Made by a program: the position numbers and the translations under genes. Below the pieces are notes generated by a model. It had not been told where the DNA came from and ran no database searches. It worked only from the letters and a program-made list of their open reading frames with translations. A DNA stretch of 52,834 bases from Octopus bimaculoides (taxonomy: Eukaryota), in contig NC_068990.1 of the NCBI RefSeq assembly GCF_001194135.2, positions 4,639,014-4,691,847 on the forward strand, read 5' to 3'. Positions 11,894 to 25,179 of this stretch are shown here, one piece after another. Within the stretch, counting starts at the first letter, position 1; every line of letters starts with the position of its first letter.

Positions 11894-12052
11894 TTTTAGC
11901 CTACATTTAGTGAGGCAATATTTTGAAACTTTTAAAAGCTTCTACAACGAATAGCTGAATATGAAGTAATCATCTGATGTATTTTTTGTCAATGCTTATT
12001 CTCCAAGCATCATAAAGACTGATCTATGACTTATCATAAGGATGCAGGAAAA

Positions 12053-12135
12053 ATATAGATATATATAGATATATAGATATATAGATATATAGATATATAT
12101 AGATATATAGATATATATAGATATATAGATATATA
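12053..12135. repeat. (ATATAG)n microsatellite
   Basis: Direct inspection. Confidence 0.9.
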
Positions 12136-12560
12136 GTTGATAGCAAAAGTGAAAAAAAAAAGGTTTGCTAATAAATCTCAAAGTTAGGTGGTGACTCAGA
12201 TAGAGATGTTTGAATATTGATTTATACAAAAGATGTTGATGAACCAAGAAAAAGCATTGTAAGAGTAGAAAGAAAAAAACATGGAAATTGTACCATAGAC
12301 AACTGGAGTGGAAGTCTTGTCAAAACATACGGGAAATGAATGTACACTTTTGAAATTTTAAAGAGAAACAATGAGAGAAATAGAGAGAAAGAGAAATATT
12401 GCATGACATAAATATGATCTAATATAATATAATATAATATAATATAATATAATATATAATATAAAATAACATAATATTATATATACATATATTCATATAT
12501 ATTTACTTTTATCAATTTGTGTTGCAAGATTCCTGATGTGAAATTGTGTGTTGAAACAGA

Positions 12561-12905
12561 TATTGTTGTATTTCGGGATGGTCATTTTCTTTTTTTTTTG
12601 CCTATTAAGCATATGCACTATATATTTGTTCCTCACTCGTTTATTACTGTTCTTTTTTTTATTTTAACTCATGTCCATTGTCAGGAAATTTTTCATCACA
12701 CACCTGTGACCTCTTCAGCAACATTTTTTGTTTTTGTGTGTGCTCTTGCTCCACTTACTCCATTCTGGAGTAAGTGGATGAAAGATTTCTGGACAATGGA
12801 CATGAGTTAAAATTTAAAAAAAATAAGAACAGTAATAAAGAAGTGAATAACAAATATATAGTGCATGTGTTTATTAGGCAAAAAACCCCATCCCAAAACA
12901 CAATA
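12561..12905. repeat. Long imperfect inverted repeat (arms ~12561-12697 and ~12777-12905) with nested 13-bp hairpin
   Basis: attttaactcatgtccattgtcaggaaatttttcatc is near-complementary to gatgaaagatttctggacaatggacatgagttaaaat; complementarity continues outward to tattg..gggatgg / ccatcccaaaacacaata. Confidence 0.85.
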
Positions 12906-12921
12906 CATANNNNNNNNNNNN

Positions 12922-12961
<40 letters not shown>

Positions 12962-13341
12962 AGGGTGTACATAAAATATATATACATGTGTGTATATATA
13001 TTCCTTAGTAAGACATCCTGTATGTTTGACACTTAAAATAAAATATATATACTTAGTCAGAAACAACCACTTGGAAAGATACAGAGTGATGCAGGTATAT
13101 GTGAGAAGATATGAAGCAAAAACAACAATAAATGTCAAAAGAAAGTGAGAGGGTAAAATGATGAAGAAATATGAGTGAGAGAGAGAGAGGGAGAGAGAGA
13201 AACTGTGAATGATTAGATTTGTAATTTTATTTTGTTAAACCTTTCCAGGTCGGTGCATTGTGATGATATAACATAATCTACCTATTATTACTGGTCTACA
13301 CTGCATTAACAAGATGCTAAAGATGATGATTAATGACTTAC

Positions 13342-13400
13342 AAAGCTGGTCGCTGTATCATCAATGAGGTGTCTCATCCAAAATACATGTGGATGCAATC
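13342..13400 (-). CDS. Candidate exon (R)LHPHVFWMRHLIDDTATSF, phase 1 to 0
   Basis: Acceptor ctgcatatttaaacttAG, donor |GTAAGT; one open frame; locally higher GC. Confidence 0.5.
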
Positions 13401-13804
13401 CTAAGTTTAAATATGCAGCCAGATCAAATAAACAAGATAAAAGGCTTTTACATACTAGATTATTTTAACATACAGAACTGTTCAGTTATCACTGTATATA
13501 ACATTATATATAAAGCACGTAAATGTGCACGCACACACACACACACACATGCATAAAAATATATGTTTAGCTGTATGAGTGTGCATGTACATGTAGGCCC
13601 CCCCCCACAAAAAAAATACAACCTTGTCCAGGCTAGCACTTAGAGTTACAGACACATGGCCATCCCTGACTGAAGGTGGCCTCAGATGTAGTTAAACACC
13701 TGAAGGGAGCTTTTCTGCATCCTACTGAATTGAAATACTGCAGAGTCTTACATATGTGTCTATAGATATATAATCATAATATGATTATATTGTCTCTCTC
13801 TATT

Positions 13805-14060
13805 CATCATCATCATCATCATCATCACATCATCATAACCACCACCACCACTACCATCACCACTAATTAATGTCCATTTTCCATAGTGGCATGGGTTGGA
13901 TGGTTTGACAGGAGCTGGCCAGGCAGAAGACTGCACCAAATTCTATCTGCTTTGGCATGGTTTCTACAGCTGGATGCCCTTCCAAACACCAACCACTTTA
14001 CAGAATGTAGCAGGTGCTTTTTTTTCTGTGGCACCAGCACCAGCAGGGGTTGCCAAATAA
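13805..14060 (-). mobile_element. RTE-type 3' end with (GAT)n tail
   Basis: catcatcat...tccattttccatagtggcatgggttggatgg...gtttctacagctggatgcccttcc. Confidence 0.8.
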
Positions 14061-14429
14061 CTTACAAAACAATGCTCTCCAACTGAGGGGAAAGAAAGAA
14101 AAGAGTTAAGAAAGTCACATATCAGAATTGAACCACACATCTGCCATATTTGCTCCAGCCATCATGGAAAATGAACCATAGATGTGGTATGATTTGCATT
14201 GGTGAATTTATCTTTTTTTTATTTTGTTAAAGACTTTTTTCCCGATATATTTTATGAGCTACATGTGTCTGCATTTGCAACTGAGCAAGTCTATAGAAAG
14301 ACATTATATTCCATTATCACCATCCTCAACTTTAACATTTTAACCTCTAATTTTCATGGGGCAGTATTTCCTATGGTCAGATACTATTCTTGGTGCCAAT
14401 TCTCACCTGTTTCCAAGCAAGATAATAAT

Positions 14430-14630
14430 TTCCCTGGTCTATTGAACATCAAACAACTCAGACATGTTTTCATGGAGGACAGCAAACAACTCACCCTATT
14501 TGTATAAACAGTGATACTTTTGGTAACAGTCAGTGCACCTATGTCAAGACGTATCAACGAGCCTGGACATGCTTTCATGGTGGACTACAAGCAAATGACA
14601 CTGTTTATATCAATGGTGAGACAATCATCA
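14430..14630 (+). mobile_element. Decayed LINE RT C-terminal fragment with ~105-bp internal duplication
   Basis: GLLNIK/TQTCFHGGQQTTHPICINSDT and WTCFHGGLQANDTVYINGET resemble the GL.IN..KT.......I.INGE.L segment that follows YADD. Confidence 0.5.
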
Positions 14631-14766
14631 CACACATCTGAGCATGAGGGGAATATAGACTCTCTCTTGCTCACTCTCTTTCTTTATCCTCTCTCTCTCT
14701 CTTTATCCCCCCCTCTCTCTCTCTCAGTCTGCCTCTGTCTCACTCTCTTTCCCTCTTTCTCTCTCT

Positions 14767-14807
<41 letters not shown>

Positions 14808-16117
14808 ATGGGATTCTGCCACTTTCTGTTTTGTATAATTCAATCATAGGGTATTTGTCAAACTACAACTATAGTAGTGACAAAACCCATGTAGTAGAAT
14901 CAAACCTCTAACCACATGGTTTTGAAGTAGACTTATTAACCACACAACATGTATCTATGAAATATATGACAGACTTAATCTGTAACCCAATTTAAAACCA
15001 TAACCTGACTTCTTGAGACTTTTGGCAAGTGCCAATCAGTGGCAGGTATTTTGAAAATACTTTTCCTCACACATGACCATCGTCCATCTTTCTTTTCCTG
15101 CATGGACATTTAAAAGAATGGATGTGCTTTTCTCTCTTTTCAAAAAACAAAAAGGTTTCTCCCAGCATTCACTACTTTCCTCCCGTTTATGTCTAATGAC
15201 CCTCTATGTTTGTTTTCATTCAGTTTCTTGTATATTTCCACTATCGTTTTTTTTGTTCTCAACTTTGATCCTCCATAAATCCTAAATTTTATTTTAGAAT
15301 TTATGGGAACAATTGTCTTTGAAGATTCATAGTGTCGTTGAATGCTAGAAAAGAGGAGTAGATAGACAGCTAACAACTGATGAAGGGTCCTTTCTCTTTG
15401 TTTACTTGTCCTGTTTTCCATTTCTTTCTCATTGTTTACGTATTTCACTCATTTTCCCCTCATTTGTTTATGTATTTCATGTTATTTGCACCATTGGTGA
15501 CGTCCTGTACCCATATATGCATGTATATATATATATATATTATATTATTTATTTATTATACTTTTAAATAAAGTATANNNNNNNNNNNNNNNNNNNNNNN
15601 NNNNNNNNNNNNNNNNNNNNNNNNNNNNNNNNNNNNNNNNNNNNNNNNNNNNNNNNNNNNNNNNNNNNNNNNNNNNNNNNNNNNNNNNNNNNNNNNNNNN
15701 NNNNNNNNNNNNNNNNNNNNNNNNNNNNNNNNNNNNNNNNNNNNNNNNNNNNNNNNNNNNNNNNNNNNNNNNNNNNNNNNNNNNNNNNNNNNNNNNNNNN
15801 NNNNNNNNNNNNNNNNNNNNNNNNNNNNNNNNNNNNNNNNNNNNNNNNNNNNNNNNNNNNNNNNNNNNNNNNNNNNNNNNNNNNNNNNNNNNNNNNNNNN
15901 NNNNNNNNNNNNNNNNNNNNNNNNNNNNNNNNNNNNNNNNNNNNNNNNNNNNNNNNNNNNNNNNNNNNNNNNNNNNNNNNNNNNGTATATATATCATCAA
16001 AATTATTATTTTGCAATACTATTTAATAATTATATATGCTTTTCATTATCAATGTCATCTGTCATATTGTGCTGGTCAATGTTACTGCAAGCATCTTCCT
16101 CTCCCTCTCTCTCTCAC

Positions 16118-16128
<11 letters not shown>

Positions 16129-16196
<68 letters not shown>
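16129..16196. repeat. (GT)n microsatellite
   Basis: Direct inspection. Confidence 0.98.
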
Positions 16197-16199
<3 letters not shown>

Positions 16200-16476
16200 A
16201 GGGATGGTTGTGTAGTGACTTAGAAGTCAGCGTAACATCCACGTGGATCTGAATTCAATAAGACTGAGACTTTGGTTAAATGCCTTCTGCTATACCAATA
16301 CACAGTGACTAGAATCTGGTAAATTGAAATGGCAAAGAAGCTTGTCATATATCTGTATTATCTATATCTACACATGTTTCTATGTTTCTAATTAAGCTAT
16401 TAAAGCAAAATAGTTGATTTTATATCCTGTAAGATAGTAATTTGCTAAATAGAGAATGACAAAATAAATAGTTTAC

Positions 16477-16534
16477 TGAAATAGCCAATGGGGTTAATAA
16501 GATCAATCAAAAGCACTACCTGAAGTCTATGCCC
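16477..16534 (-). CDS. Candidate exon GHRLQVVLLIDLINPIGYF, phase 0 to 1
   Basis: Acceptor ctgttttctgtcttgaaacttcatctatgtAG, donor A|GTAAAC; bridges the phases of the 17222 and 13400 exons. Confidence 0.4.
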
Positions 16535-16769
16535 CTACATAGATGAAGTTTCAAGACAGAAAACAGTAAATGAATAAAAGAACATGCCTGCTTGTGTTTG
16601 TAGATACATATATATATATATACACACACACACATATTTACATATATACACATATAACATAAACACACTCTATTCTGCTATATGCATTGAGTACTTTCTT
16701 CTTGTTCATTTACCCAAAGATACACACTTATCCACACATACTAACACACACACACACACATATACCAAG

Positions 16770-16806
<37 letters not shown>

Positions 16807-17221
16807 CAGATTCAGATACTAAATAGAGAGGTGGATAGGAGATGAAAATATTAGATGGTCTGTGATAATTTTGAAAGAAATAAAAATATATCTTATCTAA
16901 TATCACCTATATACTACTATCTGCTTAATCTCTATGATTCTGATAGTTACATAGGATATCTAAATGTAACATGATGTATGTTATCACATTCGGTTATGAT
17001 ACATGAATCCATGGGAATTATAGGATATATTTAGCAATACAGTGCCATAAAATGTTTCAATTTGGGCAATAGTTTCACACTTAAATATTCTTATCAACAC
17101 CGAACATGTGATGTAAGTTAACAGAGATGAAGAGTGAGACAACTATATGATGAAGAAGAGAAAAAGTTTTTACAGAGCATCTTTGCGCGGTGAAATTTGC
17201 CATCCCAACATGTGTTCATAC

Positions 17222-17314
17222 CTCTCTGTAGTATTTCTCCACAAGAGCACTACATGTCAATTCCTTTGCTTGATATTTTTCCATGAAGGCAAGAGGAAAT
17301 ACTACATGGTAAAC
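17222..17314 (-). CDS. Exon VYHVVFPLAFMEKYQAKELTCSALVEKYYRE, phase 0 to 0
   Basis: Strong acceptor gtttgttattttttcattattgtttattttaaAG, donor GAG|GTATGA, 93 bp open, stop immediately after the donor. Confidence 0.6.
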
Positions 17315-20159
17315 CTTTAAAATAAACAATAATGAAAAAAATAACAAACAAATAGGAACATAGTAAATTTAATATAGCATCATCAAAATATGTTTGTGGA
17401 GAAAACAAAAGAATGCTATTGTGACCAAGGAGTTTGATTAACAGAGATATACCCAAGTGTTTGTGCTAGAATATGTCTAATAATGAAATATCAGTGAGTG
17501 GGATACTGACTGTTTGACACAGATAGTGGATGTATTGAAAGAAAAGAATTATCCAAAAACAAATTAGAGAGAGAGAGTAAAGGAATGAGGATAGAAAAAG
17601 AAAATATGAGATAAAGAAGCAGTGTGTCATCATTAAGGTCTCAATGAGAAAGACTGTGAAATATTAGTAAAGTGTAAAAAAAAAGATAGGAAAAGCATGA
17701 GAATGTAAGGATAGACAATGTAAGGTGTGTGTATGTGTGTGTGTGAGAGAGAGAAAGTGAATGAGAGTATGTGAGTGAGAGAGAGGTTATGAGAGAGAGA
17801 GAGAGAGAGAGTAAACACCAATAGCCATGTTCAAATCAATAAACTCTGACATGCAGGGAAATTACAGCAAACTCATGCATTAACTGAGATAAGTAGAGCT
17901 GAATGTGAATCTATGCAAGTTCGACTGTAGTAGTTCTCTCTTGATGCAGTTATCAACATAACAACAACATGCAACAAGCGTTCCTCTAAATGCTAACTGC
18001 TGTCTGCCTGACTGAACATCTATTTAGTTCATTCCTTGCCATTTCAGGCACCCTCCTCCAATATTTCTACTGCCTTATCTTGTTGTAATCTTTGTTATAG
18101 CATCCATAACATGTTAGAAGCACATGTTTGTTTGATTTAGGTCTCCCTATGTAATGTGGCAGTGTGGATTTATGTGATTGTAACATGAAACCTACTGTCA
18201 ATAAACTAATACATGAAAAGAAAAATTTAATTTTAGAATAAGACATTTGTGCATTGGAGTGGTTTCATAAAAAATAAAAAGAAGCATGACCATTTAAGAC
18301 AGGACAGTTTTATTTCTCCTATTTATAAGTATGAAAGTGTTCTAAAAATTTCTTTAATGAACAGACAATTATTTTCATTATAATGAATGTTTTCTCTTGA
18401 GAGCAAATATAGTGGTAAATTTAAAATGCACTGAATCTACAGTTCAATTCCATTTGAACCGTTTTACTTTGCTTATCTTTTTACAACACTAATTTTCAAC
18501 TATAATTGAACACCTGTGTGTACCCTGAAGTTTAACTTTCTTCAATGATAATGAACTGGCTACCAGTTAAGTGTTTTGGATTCTGTGTCACAAGCTGATC
18601 TGCTCTATGTCAGAATGGAAGAGAGGATTATAACCTCTAGTCATATTTCACTCACACTGAAAATAGGGTAACTGTAGTCAGTAGTTAAATTGTTTTAGAA
18701 TAACCCAATCACTGGTTCAAAATTATGAAAATAAAAATAGATTGTTTACATCCTTTTCTACTGATTCTGCCATTTTTAGGCTATAGTGACATCAAGATTT
18801 GATAATTAAATCTTGTTCTTTGTTTTACACTGAAATGAGCAATCTTTTCCTAATTTAAACAAGTCCTTTAAAAGAAATCCAAATCTAGTGCTATTATGAT
18901 TTGAAGCAATTGAGCTTTTAGATATTTTTTTCTTTTATCTGATGAGTAAATATGTGTTAGGGAAATTTAACAAAATTATTGTATAAATGTGACAATATAT
19001 TCAGTATTCTAGCTCTTTAAAATCAGACATTGTCACATATTGAAACTTGGATTTGAAACATATGTAACAGAGAATTTCTTGTCTTGTGATGCCTTATTGC
19101 TTCTGATTAAGTATGGTATTTGACAAACTGCTCATGGGGAATTTATTTTAAATCTTTTATTGTCATTTCATTGTATTTCTCAATAGAATATTTTCCTCTA
19201 CATTATTTCTGTTCAGGAATTCATAATGAATCAATCAGGAATGTTTACTGTGCCAATCTTGTTCTATTTTAGACTAGAGTTCACCACTCATTTCAGTTTG
19301 CCTAACTATTGGAAACAGACTAGGATTCTGAATACAGCTTGTGAATGATTCTATGTTAGCCTCATCTAGCACATGACATGTACCACCAGATAGATAAGTA
19401 CAAGAGTTACTAAATATCAAAATTTTACTACACATAGAGAGGTTTTGGTAATATGGCACAAGCACTTGATATGTTAGAAAAGGCTGTCTATGTTAGTGGC
19501 ATAGTAATGGTAGTGACAAATGAGAGATTAGTTAATTGAATTACAAAGCTGTTAAATGAAGCAATACAATGTACATATTAAGGAGTGTACAATGTTAAGA
19601 AGTGGCAGAACAGAATAAATGAATAGAATAAAGAATTTAAAAGAACAATAGAAATTGAGCAAAATGTGGATAATATTTGCCATGAGAATATGCAACGTAA
19701 AAGGTAAGTTAACAGTTGACATACAGTGTCAAGGAGTGAAGAATATCGGAATTAGTGAGATCAAACAGGGAACTATGAGTGAAAGAAAGAAAAACAAGTA
19801 AATTAGAGAGAGAGAGATCATTGAAAATGAGTGGCAGAGAGGTGTCACAATACAAATAAATGTTAAAAATATTCATTATACTTTTATGTGATTGTTTCTT
19901 TTTTTAAATTTTAGAACTTCAACCTCATTTCCTCTTTTCCAAAATAGAAATCCTGCCTACATTGCATGAAATATTTAGTTAGCCTATATGGCTTGCAGCT
20001 ATCTTCGATTCAAAAGATCTCAATCTATTTCCCCAGGTTTCAAATTATTCTTGTTGACAGGTCAATCAACGAGTTCCATTTTTTTCCTATTTTCCCATTG
20101 CTGTTTCCTCCCTTTCTTTACACCATACAAGTAGCTTCTTTCTTTATGAAAAGTTCTTG

Positions 20160-20220
<61 letters not shown>

Positions 20221-21039
20221 CACACATACATATATGTACATACATAAATATATATGAATTTAGATATACATGTGTTGATATAATTGAAAAAGAGAACTGT
20301 CTAATACTCATGCAATATATTGTAACTATACATACATACATACACATATACATACATAGATATTATATATAAATTCATATACACCAAAAGATATATCCAT
20401 ATAATGCACATATTGCACATATAATCATATATATATATATATACACACATATACATATATAAACATATATACATATTTATATACATGCATAAACATATAC
20501 ACACTTATGGAAGCATAGACACATTCGCACATATATGTAAATGATTTTATTGTAATTATTTCCTTTTATTTATATTCAATGATACAATTGTTCATACAAT
20601 ATTCCTTCCATTTATTTTCCCTGTCAGCAATACTTTACTTCATTAACTTACAACTGCTGCTAAATGATCATTATGTGTAGGCTCATCCAAGGCCATATTG
20701 TTTTTGTTGTACAGTATGTTTTTACTCAGATAATCACATTTCTATTTTAAAATGATTTTGACAAGTAATACCTTAAATCCATCAGTAATAATTTTGTCAA
20801 GGATATCTTTTTAAAGAGAGTGACATTTTTTTTTTGCTTTAATTAATCTTTTAAGATTAAACAATACAATATATAAACTTTAATTAAAACAAACAAAGAC
20901 ATTTTTGTAGAAATTTTAGCCTCTATTCATTTAAAAATTAAGCTATCTTAAAACTTATTTCCAGAATTTTTAAAAAGATTGTTTTGGTAAAGCAATTAAC
21001 CTGTAGGATGTATGAACAATATATATATATATATATAAT

Positions 21040-21350
21040 CTTTTATTCTTTTACTTGTTTCAGTCATCTGATTGTGGCCATGCTGGAACACTGCCTTTAG
21101 TCAAACAAACTGACCCCAAGACTTATTCTTTGTAAGCCTAGTCCTTATTATGTCGTTCTCTTTTGCTGAACCACTAAGTTACAGGGATGTAAACACACCA
21201 ACACTGGTTGTCAAGCAATGGTGGGGAGACAAATACAGACACATACAAATATATATATATGACGGGCTTCTTTCAGTTTCCGGCTACCAAATCCACTCAC
21301 AAGCCCTAAGGCTGTAGTAGAAGATACATGCTCAAGGCGCCATGCGGTCA
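21040..21350 (-). mobile_element. SINE family A copy
   Basis: tttacttgtttcagtcat...gtggccatgctgg...gacgggcttctttcagtttcc. Confidence 0.85.
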
Positions 21351-21492
21351 GAACCACTCCTGTGATTATATATATATATATATATATACANNNNNNNNNN
21401 NNNNNNNNNNNNNNNNNNNNNNNNNNNNNNNNNNNNNNNNNNNNNNNNNNNNNNNNNNNNNNNNNNNNNNNNNNNNNNNNNNNNNNNNNNNN

Positions 21493-21816
21493 ACACACAG
21501 TGGCACGTGAAAAGACATTCGAGCGAGATCGTTGCCAGTGCCGATGGACTGGCTCCTGTGCAGGTGGCACGTAAAATACACCATTTCAAGCATGGCCATC
21601 GCCAGTACCACCTGACTGGCCCTCGTGCCGGTGGCATGTAAAACACCCACTACACTCTCGGAGTCATTGGCGTTAGGAAGGGCATCCAGCTGTAGAAACT
21701 CTACCAAATAAGATTGGAGCCTGGTGTCGCCTCCTGGTCCACCAGTCCTCAGTCAAATCATCCAACCCTTGCTAGCATGGAAAGCGGACGTTAAACGACA
21801 ATAATGATGATGATGA
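21493..21816 (+). mobile_element. RTE-tailed element with internal ~60-65 bp tandem units and (GAT)n tail
   Basis: Units gttgccagtgcc..gactggctcctgtgcaggtggcacgtaaaa then ggcgttaggaagggcatccagctgtagaaact...gcggacgttaaacga. Confidence 0.8.
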
Positions 21817-22124
21817 TATACAAAACTTCTAATTATCAATTTCAAATTTGTTTTTTGCTTATCCCCATACAGCTTCATGTAATTCAATTATCTTTATTAT
21901 TTAATTATTTTTTTTCATCTAGAAACATATTTGTTCATGCACATACCAAAATCTGTTTGGCCACTAATATGCATCTAGTTATATTATCATTATTTGTCTT
22001 TTCCTTTTCTATTTGTCTTTTTTTTTTCATAGAAGCTCTTACAGGTATAATGAGGTGCAGATATTTTATAATTTTTCGATCCAACTCATACCGGCATAAA
22101 ACAATATCTACTCACTTTATGTAT

Positions 22125-22394
22125 TCTTTTATTCTTTTTATACATTTCAGTCATTTGACTGCTGCCATGCTGGAGCACTGCCTTAGTCAAGCAAATTGAC
22201 CCCAGGACTTATTCTTTGTAAGCCTAATACTTATTCTATCGGTCTCTTTTGCTGAACCACTAAGTTTCTGGATCATAAACACACCAATATCGGTTTTCAA
22301 GTGATGGTGGATGGACAAACTCAGACACAAACACACACATAAATATATATACACACACACACACATAAATATATACACACACACACATAAATAT

Positions 22395-22444
<50 letters not shown>

Positions 22445-22605
22445 GACAGGCTTCTTTCAGTTTCCGTCTACCAAATCCACTCACAAGGCGTTGGTCAGCT
22501 CAAGGCTATAGTAGAAGACACTCTCCCAAGGTGCCATGCAGTGAGACTGAACCCCGAACCATGTGGCTGAAAAGCAAACTTCTTACCATACCGCCATGCC
22601 TGTGC
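22125..22605 (-). mobile_element. SINE family A, full-length
   Basis: Reverse-complement match to 5695-6122 along its length, with internal (CA)/(TA) tract. Confidence 0.9.
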
Positions 22606-22788
22606 ATATGAGGAAGAATAATTAAGTCCTAATCCAACACCTTCTCCTGTACTTAATGGTTTTCACAAAATTATTCTGACCATGTCTTTTCATTGAAATA
22701 TTATCACAATGATGGTGCTCTACTATATGTAGGATTGTATGATGGTAGATTAAGAAAACCTATCTGAGTAATAAAACAATTGTCATAC

Positions 22789-22889
22789 AAAACCATCACA
22801 TTCAGTTTCCAGACACAGCAAGTTCATAAGCAAACTAAAGCAATATTCTGTTATGAGATTTTGGTTATCAACTGAATTCACAATAAAAT
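22789..22889 (-). CDS. Exon (x)FIVNSVDNQNLITEYCFSLLMNLLCLETECDGF, phase 1 to 0
   Basis: Acceptor atatgggtatttatAG after a pyrimidine-rich stretch, donor |GTATGA, 101 bp open; joins 17314 in frame. Confidence 0.5.
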
Positions 22890-24655
22890 CTATAAATACC
22901 CATATTTTCACCACAGGATTTATAAATGTTTTAGAATGAATTATATATAAAGATATATGCAAAAACAAAGTTTCAGAATAAGGAACAGAGTTCTTCCATT
23001 TGTATACGCAAGCAAGCATATCTGTTTTTGTAATACATGTTCCATATTTCTGTGAATGCATGTGTGCTTAATGTGCTTTTGTTACTTTTACAGCTAATAA
23101 AAAAAATTGAATTGAAAAGTATTTGCTTTAAATGTTTTATATTTTAAGTTTACAGTATCATTTTTATCATTGTATGTCATGATGATTTTCTATGAAATAA
23201 TTCAACATTTTCAGATTTGAAATTATTCAAAAACAAAATGAAATCATTCCAAAAAATTGAGTTATGTACACAAAGTTTAAAGTTAGAAAGTAATAATATT
23301 TCTTGTTGTATATTATCTAATTTATAAGCATAATTACAATAGTCATTAAATGAAGTTTGGAAATTAATTAATATCTAATTCAACTATATTCAGTAGAACA
23401 TTTGTTAAGAATTGTTGTCTGGAGATTTTTAGTACAATATTGTAAAAAAGTAAATTCCTTTTATCTATTCATTTTTGGACAGTTACAAATAGACATAGAG
23501 AAGGAAGAGGAGAATCATATGGGATGTAATGAAACAGTTTGATATAGTGCTGCAACTCGTCAGTAATGTATAAGATTTAGGATATCAGCATTTGTTATAG
23601 TCAGAGTTGATTAGCATATATTTGTATTAAATGTTGAGATTTTGAAGTGAAAGCATACATATTATTTTTCTTTTTATATTTGGAAACAAAGTGAGTATAT
23701 AATCATTTAGAAGGAATTGATGATGCACATTTCATTGTACTGTAATGATTTGGGGGCACCAACATCTTCAGGAGTCTAGTCAATTATATTGAATCCAGGA
23801 ATACCTTTATTTGTCTGACCATTGAATTACAAGACATTAGAAATTCCAACAACAGTTCTAACAATACGTGTAAACATAAGCACACACACACAATTGATTA
23901 GCATATCCATCCTATATGTGGGTACATGTTTCCAGTTTCTGTCAACAAAATTCCACTCAAAAGGCATTGTTCAGTTCAAAACTACATCGTAGAACACTTG
24001 CCAAAGGAACTACTATATGTGTTAGGATTGAACCAAGAATGATGTGGTTGCAAGGCAATCTTCTTAACTGCATGATGTACAAATGTTATGCTAAGTTTAT
24101 ACAAAATCCTCAATACTCCAGTTTATCCTTAGACTATACGTCTGAAAGCAGAGAAATAAAACTTGCCACTACAAATACAAACTAATGTAAAATCAGTATC
24201 AGAAAGCATATTTGTATGCTTAACATTTGCATAAAGCAAATACTTTTGCTTAGATTAATATTTGTGTTATAACTCTAAATATTTCAGCAAGTTGTGTTTT
24301 TGACATACAATAAAATTAACACATTCGGTCTGAAAATACCTCGGTAAATAATTCTACAGAAAGATTAAATATTTTAAATACAGAATGTTTTACATACAAT
24401 GTTGTGCTTTTTTGTGCCAATTTATTTGCTTATTATGCTCAATACAATTCTTCATAATTTACTATAAAAAAAACTTAAAATTACACACACAAATGACTAG
24501 ACACACACATTCACAATATACACACAACATTACACACACACACACATATATATAGTGTTGCATGTATATTGCATATGAGTGTGTCAAGTGCTTTGTGTGT
24601 GTAATTCTAAGTTTTTAGATGGTAAATTATATATATGCACATACATTTATTCATA

Positions 24656-24694
<39 letters not shown>

Positions 24695-25113
24695 NNNNNN
24701 NNNNNNNNNNNNNNNNNNNNNNNNNNNNNNNNNNNNNNNNNNNNNNNNNNNNNNNNNNNNNNNNNNNNNNNNNNNNNNNNNNNNNNNNNNNNNNNNNNNN
24801 NNNNNNNNNNNNNNNNNNNNNNNNNNNNNNNNNNNNNNNNNNNNNNNNNNNNNNNNNNNNNNNNNNNNNNNNNNNNNNNNNNNNNNNNNNNNNNNNNNNN
24901 NNNNNNNNNNNNNNNNNNNNNNNNNNNNNNNNNNNNNNNNNNNNNNNNNNNNNNNNNNNNNNNNNNNNNNNNNNNNNNNNNNNNNNNNNNNNNNNNNNNN
25001 NNNNNNNNNNNNNNNNNNNNNNNNNNNNNNNNNNNNNNNNNNNNNNNNNNNNNNNNNNNNNNNNNNNNNNNNNNNNNNNNNNNNNNNNNNNNNNNNNNNN
25101 NNNNNNNNNNNNN

Positions 25114-25176
<63 letters not shown>

Positions 25177-25179
25177 ATG

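Noticed and set aside
19920-20150. Possible decayed transposase on the minus strand
   Set aside because: Multiple stops and no diagnostic motif
23720-24141. Minus-strand pieces TYSLRINW, LLLEFLMSCNSMVRQIK and TPEDVGAPKSLQ
   Set aside because: Weak donors, and phases could not be joined to 22889 without invoking further unsupported exons
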